Made by a program: the position numbers and the translations under genes
The notes under the pieces: generated by a model
What the model was told of the DNA's origin: nothing
The model's database searches: none
The model's input: only the letters and a program-made list of their open reading frames with translations
Part shown: in pieces, positions 57,126 to 64,000 of the stretch
How positions within the stretch are numbered: the stretch's first letter is position 1
How the letters are laid out: every line of letters begins with the position of its first letter
NCBI GenBank assembly: GCA_963674705.1
Contig: OY771506.1
Span: 3,328,001-3,392,000 of the forward strand
Reading direction: 5' to 3'
Source of the DNA: Phycisphaeraceae bacterium
GTDB taxonomy: Bacteria; Planctomycetota; Phycisphaerae; Phycisphaerales; Phycisphaeraceae
DNA: 64,000 nucleotides

Positions 57126-58571
57126 TTAGCTCATGCAGCGCCATCCGCTGGCGCCGAACGTGTAGCGCAATGCACCGAACTCCATCGCGCCGGTGGAGGT
57201 GCCTTCGAAGATGTCGGGCATGACGCCGACACGGCGTGAGTACTCGATGGCGATCTTGGGGATCTCAGCCTTGAGTGCATCGAGTTTGCCGAACACCGCG
57301 ACGGTGCCGCCTGTGCCGCCGCCTGTGATTTTTGCGCCGTAGAGCCCGCTTTGAGGGCCGCGTTTGCGGACGGCTTCGACGAGGAAGTCGACGGCTTCGG
57401 TCGACAGGCCGCAGTTGTCGCGGTAGCTGGCGTGTGCGTCGAACATGCATTGTCCTGCGGTGATCAGCGCTTGTTCGTCACCTGTGTTTGCAGCGGTGAT
57501 GGCGTCCATGAATCTGATTACACGGTCATTTTCTTCAACCGGGTGACGCGTCGGGCCAACGACGCGGTAAGTTGCGTCGGGCTGGATGTGTGTGACGGGG
57601 TCGTCATGTGTCTTGTATTGATCGAGGAACTCTGAGCCGACGATTTTTTCGGGCAGGTTCTTTTCGTACTCTTCATGAAAACGTTTAGGCGTCAGCTCGG
57701 TGAGATAATCGAGTGCGCCGCGTCCGGTCTGAGATCGCATGTCATTGATCATGCGCTTGCCGATGAACGCGCCGATGCGTGTGTCGGTGTAGGGGCTTCC
57801 GCCGACGCTGTGTCGGACCATGGAGTTGATGCCGACGAACCCCGTGCCGGGCGGGATCTGTACTTCGCCCTTGACTTCACCGGGCCGGCAGAGGATGTGC
57901 GTGAGGCAACCTTCACGCCCGCTGGTAATCGCGATCTGGTCCATGATGCCGCAGGGCGCGCCGACGACGTGGTTCTCCGCCATCTGTCCGAGTCGTGCGA
58001 TGCGTGACGGATTGAGGTTCAACCCGAGGTAAGCATTGAGGCAGGTAAGCGTGCCGATCTCGACGGCGGCCGAGCTTCCGATGCCGACGTTCATCGGGAC
58101 GGCGCTGAGCAGCAGGAGGTTGAAGCCGTAGGGCAGTTGGATGGATTCTTCTTTGAGCAGCGTGAAGATGCTGCCGCCGATGTAGGACGTCCAGGCGGCG
58201 AGAGGGTTGGCGCTACAGATTTCGCGGATGTCGCTGTAGCTTGCCAAGCCGTCGCCTGAGTAGAAGTAGTCCAAGGCGATGCGTGTTTCGACGGGCAGTG
58301 ATCGTGTCCCGGCCTGCATGGTGCGGATACGCATGGTCCTGTCGGTGCGTGGTTGCAGTGCGAGAAGTACCCCGCGGCCGAGTACGGCTTCACAGACATT
58401 CGCGCCGGAGTAGTCGGCAATACCGCCCATGACATCGAGCCGGGCGGGCACGCGGGTGACCCAGATCTCGCCGCTGGCAAAGAGGCTGGCGAAGCCGGTG
58501 GGATCGCTGTTGGATTTATTGAGCAGGCGCTCAAATTCCTGAGTTTCGTAGGGTAGTTCTGGGCGGTTCAT
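57126..58571 (-). CDS. GHMP sugar kinase (galactokinase / L-arabinokinase-like)
   Basis: RVPARLDVMGGIADYSG, VPMNVGIGSSAA, GAPCGIMDQ, GAKITGGGTGG. Confidence 0.88.
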   Translation of the reverse strand: MNRPELPYETQEFERLLNKSNSDPTGFASLFASGEIWVTRVPARLDVMGGIADYSGANVCEAVLGRGVLLALQPRTDRTMRIRTMQAGTRSLPVETRIALDYFYSGDGLASYSDIREICSANPLAAWTSYIGGSIFTLLKEESIQLPYGFNLLLLSAVPMNVGIGSSAAVEIGTLTCLNAYLGLNLNPSRIARLGQMAENHVVGAPCGIMDQIAITSGREGCLTHILCRPGEVKGEVQIPPGTGFVGINSMVRHSVGGSPYTDTRIGAFIGKRMINDMRSQTGRGALDYLTELTPKRFHEEYEKNLPEKIVGSEFLDQYKTHDDPVTHIQPDATYRVVGPTRHPVEENDRVIRFMDAITAANTGDEQALITAGQCMFDAHASYRDNCGLSTEAVDFLVEAVRKRGPQSGLYGAKITGGGTGGTVAVFGKLDALKAEIPKIAIEYSRRVGVMPDIFEGTSTGAMEFGALRYTFGASGWRCMS

Positions 58572-58680
58572 GGCAACAGTATAAGCAGATACGGGGATTA
58601 CCCAAGTATGTGGCTACAGGCGGCAATCCTTCTTATTACCGGTAGAGAATCAGTATGCGACAAGTTGTCAGGGCTGCGGG

Positions 58681-59346
58681 TCAACTGCCCCAGTGCGTGA
58701 TTTGGTCGCTGTTTCTGCCCGAGGTCTGCACCGCGGCGGCAATAGGCAAAAGTTCACGTACACGCTGAGCCTGCTCGGGGGTGAGATCGACAAACTCAAG
58801 CCCCATGTCGTAGCCGTTTCCGTTCGGTCGTGTCCAGGCGACGCGGGCGGTAATTTGCAGTTTATGATCGAGGCAGTTCAGCTCGATGCCGACACGATCG
58901 TCTGCGGTATGCTTGGGATCACCTTTGCCTAGCACCTTGGCGCCGGAGGCGGACAAGTTGATCACCTCGCCAAACTGGCAGGAGAGCATTTCACAGGCGA
59001 CCCGGCCGTGACGTCGGCGTTGTGGTTGGCCGGTACCTACTGTTTTGCCTTCCTGGATTTGCACTTCATCGGGATTGAACATGAACTGATCGTCGATGCG
59101 AACCCATGCGCTGTCGCTATCGTTGGCTGAACGTTTGAGATAGAAGTCCAAAACCGCGTTTCGAGTCCTTTGCGGGATACGGCTGCGCAAACCGGACCAG
59201 AACTGAAACCGCTCGACTTCCTCAGCGATCTGATGGGAACTGAGCCAACCACTGGGCCACTGCGGGCTCTGCACCAGGTCTTCCATGTCCTGGATGAAGC
59301 TGCTGTGACGGTCCAGGAATTCCAGTACTTCTTTGATGGCGTCCAT
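58681..59346 (-). CDS. Protein with C-terminal PilZ domain
   Basis: QRRRHGR, NLSASG, ARVAW, GLEFVDL. Confidence 0.82.
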   Translation of the reverse strand: MDAIKEVLEFLDRHSSFIQDMEDLVQSPQWPSGWLSSHQIAEEVERFQFWSGLRSRIPQRTRNAVLDFYLKRSANDSDSAWVRIDDQFMFNPDEVQIQEGKTVGTGQPQRRRHGRVACEMLSCQFGEVINLSASGAKVLGKGDPKHTADDRVGIELNCLDHKLQITARVAWTRPNGNGYDMGLEFVDLTPEQAQRVRELLPIAAAVQTSGRNSDQITHWGS

Positions 59347-59623
59347 GGTGTGGCTCTCTGCTGGTGGCCGTTTAGCTGATCAGTCTGTTTGGGATATCGA
59401 CAAAAAAGCAGCGGTGATTGACAGGCAGATATCAGGATGGCTGCGGATGTGCGGCACAAAGACCGGGAGAGAGGCTTTTTATCGGATCGGGGTGCAAAAA
59501 GATGTGATGTGGCTGGAGATATGGTGCAGTGACAGATTGTTGCAGATCGCGTGGTTTATAGCCGGATTGGTGCTTGCAGGCACAATCGGTGTGTGAGTCT
59601 TATCGAGATGTAATCGGCTCGAA

Positions 59624-60571
59624 TCAGGCGGCTTTCGCGCGTTCTTCGAGCGTGACGATCCACTGGTCGACGATCAATACCAGGCTGGGCAGTTCCGGCT
59701 TGGCGATCTGCTGGTCAGCGCCGACGGCTTCGCCCTTATGGCGCGTGTCCTTGGTAATCAGTGAACTGAACAGCAGGACAGGCATCGTCTTGATGCTTGC
59801 GGTTTCGCGCACCTTGCGTGTCAGGTGCAGCCCGTCCATGCGGGGCATTTCGATATCCGTGATGAGGATGTCGGGCTTGGTGCCTTGTCCCTGGGCACCG
59901 GCCTGGATGGCGTCCCAGCAGTCCTGGCCGTTGCTGAACGCGGTAACGTTTGTGTATCCGCTGCTGGTCAGCACGTTGTACATGATTGTGCGGATGAACT
60001 TCGAGTCTTCAGCGATGAAGACATTGACCGAGGAGCGGTCGACGCCGAGTTCGTTATCAACGCTGGTGATGTGCAGTGCGTTCTGCATGGAGACGCTGTC
60101 GAAGATCGATTCGAAGTCGAGCATGAGGATCAGGCGGTCGCCGATTTCGGTGATGCCGGTGACGGCCATGTGATCGCTGCCGGTTTCATCGGGAACGGTT
60201 CGCATTGCCTGCCAGCTCATGCGGTGGATGTGTTCAACACGTTCGACCATGAACGCGGCCTGTTCGCCGTTGAATTCCGTCACGATGATGCGGTGGCTGG
60301 CAGGATCCGTGTTGACAGGTTTGATCTTGAAGTAGCTGTGCAGGTTGACCAGGGGCAGGACGACGCCGCGCAGGTTGAACATACCCATGACGTCGGCGGG
60401 TTGGCCGGGGCTTGCCGCGACGGAGACGGGGAGGATGACCTCACGGACCTTGGCGACGTTGACGCCGTAGGACTGGTCGCCTAATCCGAAGATCAGGACT
60501 TCCAGCTCATTGGTGCCGGATTCCAGCAGGATTTCGTCGCGTGATTTGGGTGTCGGATCATTGGCGGCCAT
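59624..60571 (-). CDS. cheV: Chemotaxis protein CheV (CheW + receiver)
   Basis: ILLESGTNELEV, YGVNVAKVREVI, NLRGVVLP; REC AEDS, TDIEMPRMDG, FSSL, AKP; RBS GGAG, ATG 60571. Confidence 0.92.
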   Translation of the reverse strand: MAANDPTPKSRDEILLESGTNELEVLIFGLGDQSYGVNVAKVREVILPVSVAASPGQPADVMGMFNLRGVVLPLVNLHSYFKIKPVNTDPASHRIIVTEFNGEQAAFMVERVEHIHRMSWQAMRTVPDETGSDHMAVTGITEIGDRLILMLDFESIFDSVSMQNALHITSVDNELGVDRSSVNVFIAEDSKFIRTIMYNVLTSSGYTNVTAFSNGQDCWDAIQAGAQGQGTKPDILITDIEMPRMDGLHLTRKVRETASIKTMPVLLFSSLITKDTRHKGEAVGADQQIAKPELPSLVLIVDQWIVTLEERAKAA

Positions 60572-60724
60572 AGCGTCTCTCCATGGATTGTCGTATATAG
60601 AATCGTCCAACTGGGGATTACGCTTAAGGGGGTGAAATGTGTTATCTTGTGTTATCGGCCGCGTTTGACAGTGCCGAGGGTGCTGCATAATCTGCTGCCG
60701 CAGGGCGAGCCGGCCCTGATTGTT

Positions 60725-60798
60725 GGTGACCATAGCTCAATTGGTAGAGCACCGCGTTGTGGTCGCGGGGGTTGCGGGTTCGAGTCCCGTTGGTCACC
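60725..60798 (+). tRNA. tRNA-His (GTG)
   Basis: G-1 plus GTGACCA/TGGTCAC acceptor stem, CCGCG-TTGTGGT-CGCGG anticodon arm, GGTTCGAGTCC. Confidence 0.95.
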
Positions 60799-60889
60799 CT
60801 TTCTTTTTAATCGATCAGCCGGGATCGGGGGCGGGTGTCCCGGGAACAGGCAGCTGGGATGCCGTCGCCACGAATACGGATATTCGCTG

Positions 60890-61720
60890 ATGCTGGCACA
60901 ACAGATCACAACGATCAACCAACGCTTACTCAGTGACTTACAGGGATTTGGGCACTTCACCCGATTCTGCCTTTCCACGATCGGCTGGTTTCTGCGTGGG
61001 GCAGGGGGCTATGGCCGGTTACAGTTGTTGATCCCCCAACTCTACCAGGTCGGTACCAAGAGCATCCCGGTGGTTGGGCTGGTCGGTGCGTTCGTCGGTG
61101 CGGTGCTGGGTGTAGAGATGTTCGCCCAATTTCAGGCGTTCGGCCAAGAAAGTCGGCTCGGAGGGGTGATCCATATATCCGTGGTTAAGCAGATCGGGCC
61201 GGTACTGGCGGCGGTCATGATCGCTGGCCGGGTCGGTGGGGCGGTCAGCGCCGAGCTGGGGTCCATGAAGGTGACCGAACAACTCGATGCCTTGCGTGTC
61301 ATGGGCAGCGATCCGATCCGGCACCTGGTTGTACCACGCGTACTGGCATGCCTGATCATGGTGCCGATCCTGACGGTGTTCAGCGACCTGTTGGGTATCT
61401 TCGGCAGCTGGCTGGTGGTCGTAAAAGGTTTCGGTGTCGGGTCCAATGAGTATTGGGCCTTTTCCAGCCAGTTTGTCGGTAACTGGGATATCTTCACCGG
61501 CCTGGTCAAGAGCGTTGTCTTCGGCGTCAGTATCGGTCTCATCAGTTGCTACAAGGGATTCAACTGCGGCACGGGCGCGACCGGTGTCGGCCGGGCGGCG
61601 ACGGATTCGTTCGTTGTCAGTTTCATCGTCATCATCATCACCAACTTCTTCCTCGCCAAGTTCATGAACGACCTGTACGGACTGATCTACGGCGCGGGCG
61701 CACTGACGTCGATTGGATGA
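60890..61720 (+). CDS. mlaE: MlaE-family ABC transporter permease
   Basis: GPVLAAVMIAGRVGGAVSAELGSMKVTEQLDAL..MG, LVVPRVLA, GVGRAAT; start set at ATG 60890. Confidence 0.9.
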   Translation: MLAQQITTINQRLLSDLQGFGHFTRFCLSTIGWFLRGAGGYGRLQLLIPQLYQVGTKSIPVVGLVGAFVGAVLGVEMFAQFQAFGQESRLGGVIHISVVKQIGPVLAAVMIAGRVGGAVSAELGSMKVTEQLDALRVMGSDPIRHLVVPRVLACLIMVPILTVFSDLLGIFGSWLVVVKGFGVGSNEYWAFSSQFVGNWDIFTGLVKSVVFGVSIGLISCYKGFNCGTGATGVGRAATDSFVVSFIVIIITNFFLAKFMNDLYGLIYGAGALTSIG

Positions 61721-61805
61721 GGTTGGATGTTCAATGTTCTATGTTCGATGTTCAATGTATTAAGAAGTGTTCGCTTCAGGTAGATTGAAGATTCCACATT
61801 GAACA

Positions 61806-62816
61806 TCACATATCCGGTGACCACAGGTAATAAATCCCAACCGGGGTGTTGAAGCCGGGCATCGTTTCGGTGAGGTTTAACTGCATCAAGTTGATCTGTG
61901 TCGAGGCGGGGGCGGATGGTGAATAGGCGTAGGGGGAGGCGACGTAGTCGAGTCGGCGGTGGTAGATGATCAGGTCGGAATGGTCGATGCCTGCCAGTTT
62001 TTCTGCTTGTCGATGCGCGATGCGGATGTCGCCGACCATGTCAGCGAGCCCCAGGGCTGCTGCCTGTTCGCCACCGAGCACGCGGCCGTCGGTCAGGTCG
62101 GCAAACTTGTCTTCGGGGATGTTCGGCCGGGCTTCACGCACCACATCTACAAAACGCGCATAGAAGTCATCAACCAGACTTTGCAGGACCTGGCGGTGAT
62201 CGTCGGTCAACGTGCTTAAAGGGGAACCGGCCTCTTTGTTTTTGCCACTGGTTAATGCTTCGGCGTGGATCCCGATCTTGGAAAGCGCAGGTTTGACGCT
62301 GATGGTCTGGACGATGACGCCGATGCTGCCGACGACGGAGGTCGGGTAGGCGACGATTCTGTCCGTGGCGCAAGCGATGTAGTACCCGCCGCTGGCGGTG
62401 ACATCCATGGTCAGAGCGATGACGGGTTTTCCAGTCTCTTCACGGAACTGTTTGATCTCGCGGTACATCATGTCGCTGGCGGTCACACCACCGCCGGGTG
62501 TGTTGAGGCGCAGGATGACAGCCTTGACATGTGGGTCGGCGGCAGCGGCTTCGAGCTTTTCATGCAATGCACCGACCGGATTCTCGCCCACCTGGAGCAG
62601 CCCGGGCTTCTCGCCGTTCATGATCAGCCCCGAGACGTCGATGATCGCGACGCGGTCGCTGAACCACCGGCCGTCTCTTGTCACGACCGTTTGGGTAAGG
62701 GCCTGATCCCCCGGGGACGTGCCGACGGTAAAGTGCATCGGGCCACAGCCGGTGACGGCCAACGCCAGGAAAAACAACACAAACCAGCCTCGATTACAGC
62801 GTAGTTGCCCAGTCAT
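61806..62816 (-). CDS. sppA: Signal peptide peptidase SppA (S49), lipoprotein
   Basis: VTGC lipobox, LRLNTPGG, ASGGYY, GSIGV, SGKNK; start set at ATG 62816. Confidence 0.9.
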   Translation of the reverse strand: MTGQLRCNRGWFVLFFLALAVTGCGPMHFTVGTSPGDQALTQTVVTRDGRWFSDRVAIIDVSGLIMNGEKPGLLQVGENPVGALHEKLEAAAADPHVKAVILRLNTPGGGVTASDMMYREIKQFREETGKPVIALTMDVTASGGYYIACATDRIVAYPTSVVGSIGVIVQTISVKPALSKIGIHAEALTSGKNKEAGSPLSTLTDDHRQVLQSLVDDFYARFVDVVREARPNIPEDKFADLTDGRVLGGEQAAALGLADMVGDIRIAHRQAEKLAGIDHSDLIIYHRRLDYVASPYAYSPSAPASTQINLMQLNLTETMPGFNTPVGIYYLWSPDM

Positions 62817-62969
62817 GACGGCTCCTGATCTTATCGGTGACGGTGATTCAGAGCATATCCTAACATTGAGATAACCATTTTTGGATAAAAGCATGGAAAG
62901 CATGTGGATATATGGGTTATAATCCGCTGATTCATGGCAGCGATCACACTGACAACGGGGTAATCTCAT

Positions 62970-64000
62970 ATGTGCAAGATGTACATTTTCGTTCTGATTT
63001 TGATTCTGTGTATCGGAAACTGGACTTCATTCGCGGTTGCGCAAGACACATCGGTCAGCGATACCGATGCCGCCCGTGCTGCACGTCTTGCCGAGCATGA
63101 GAAGCAGGTTGCCGAAGAAAAGGAACAGGCGCAGGCAGCGTACCAGCAGCTTGCGGATGCATATCTGAATAACCAGTGGGACGAGTTGGATGAATTGCTC
63201 CGCACGACGCGGCGGTACCAGCGCTACTTCGACCGCGACCAGCGCATGGACCTGGCTTACATCACGAAGAACCGCAATGACTTTCATCCGAAGTGGTGGG
63301 AGAAGTGTTCCAGCCCGTCCAACATCAGCTTCAACGCCGAGATCTGGAATCGGCCGGTGATGGCAAACTATATGCCCACACGCCACCTTGGTTTCCAGGC
63401 GGTGCAGGCGCAGGTGAAGCGGGGCTTTGACAGGCGGGGGCAATACCAGGAAGAAGTGGTCGGTCTGACGGTCATCTGCTCCTGGCAGCCGGGTATGGTC
63501 AATAGCGATGTGCCTGGTACGGGCAAGCTGGCGGAGATACACAGCCTGACGGAGGGCGATCTTGGCGAGGTGATTGTCTGGCACGAGTTGGGCCATTGTT
63601 ACATCACCAACAACTTGCCCATGGACCACGTTCTGATCCTTTACCGGGACCATCAATTGCTGTTCGAGCATCTGCAGGAGTTCTATGCAGACCTGACGGC
63701 ACTGTATCATGCAAGCCCGCGATCTCGCCGTGTCGCGTTGATGCTTCGGCTTGAAGGGTTGGACCACTACGATGACTCGGAAGCACACTCGCGCGCCTCG
63801 CACGCGATCGGTTCCTTGTTGTTGCATGAAGTGCTGGCGAATCCGGATGATTGGCCGAGCATGCACTTTCCGCCGGCCGTGCCGAAGCAGCAGGTGGAAC
63901 TGAACACAATCATCTACCTGTACGAGCACATGGACCCGAAGTGGTCGGTCAAGGAAGCCCGGGCGTTGCGTGAGATGGCGGGCGACTTCATCAATAAGTC
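62970..64000 (+). CDS. Secreted hypothetical protein with HExxH motif (runs off window end)
   Basis: Hand translation (not in track): MCKMYIFVLILILCIGNWTSFAVAQD...VIVWHELGHCY...LQEFYAD. Confidence 0.7.
   Translation, partial: MCKMYIFVLILILCIGNWTSFAVAQDTSVSDTDAARAARLAEHEKQVAEEKEQAQAAYQQLADAYLNNQWDELDELLRTTRRYQRYFDRDQRMDLAYITKNRNDFHPKWWEKCSSPSNISFNAEIWNRPVMANYMPTRHLGFQAVQAQVKRGFDRRGQYQEEVVGLTVICSWQPGMVNSDVPGTGKLAEIHSLTEGDLGEVIVWHELGHCYITNNLPMDHVLILYRDHQLLFEHLQEFYADLTALYHASPRSRRVALMLRLEGLDHYDDSEAHSRASHAIGSLLLHEVLANPDDWPSMHFPPAVPKQQVELNTIIYLYEHMDPKWSVKEARALREMAGDFINK

Noticed and set aside
60572..60889. N-terminal extensions of cheV (to 60733) and mlaE (from 60632) in the ORF track
   Set aside because: They overlap tRNA-His and promoter DNA; better starts lie at 60571 and 60890

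Overview
High-GC bacterial chromosomal window. It is probably from a planctomycete (Phycisphaerae-like); this is an inference from the PEP-CTERM proteins, the extended ECF sigma factor and the Ser/Thr kinase and FHA genes. Housekeeping genes (gap, hisH, xseAB, rpmE2, prfA, trpB, ubiE/menG, cheV, mlaE, sppA, tRNA-Pro, tRNA-His) alternate with accessory secreted proteins and small AT-rich inserts. The strongest candidates for an undescribed system are three. (1) A Tad/Flp pilus locus (40.3-50.9 kb) with a membrane Ser/Thr kinase-TPR protein, an FHA-fused CpaF ATPase, a second plain CpaF, a second FHA membrane protein and two atypical Flp pilins. (2) An ECF sigma factor fused through a hydrophobic segment and a long low-complexity region to a C-terminal PEP-CTERM signal, divergent from a tiny PEP-CTERM gene with an internal stop. 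(3) An AT-rich two-gene EEP nuclease plus small partner islet downstream of trpB. The intergenic DNA is rich in palindromic REP-like families and heptamer arrays. These include a recurring four-part composite module and a duplicated ubiE 3' end whose downstream hairpin core is inverted. No CRISPR array, rRNA, integrase or transposase was seen. All calls are by eye from motifs; no searches were run.
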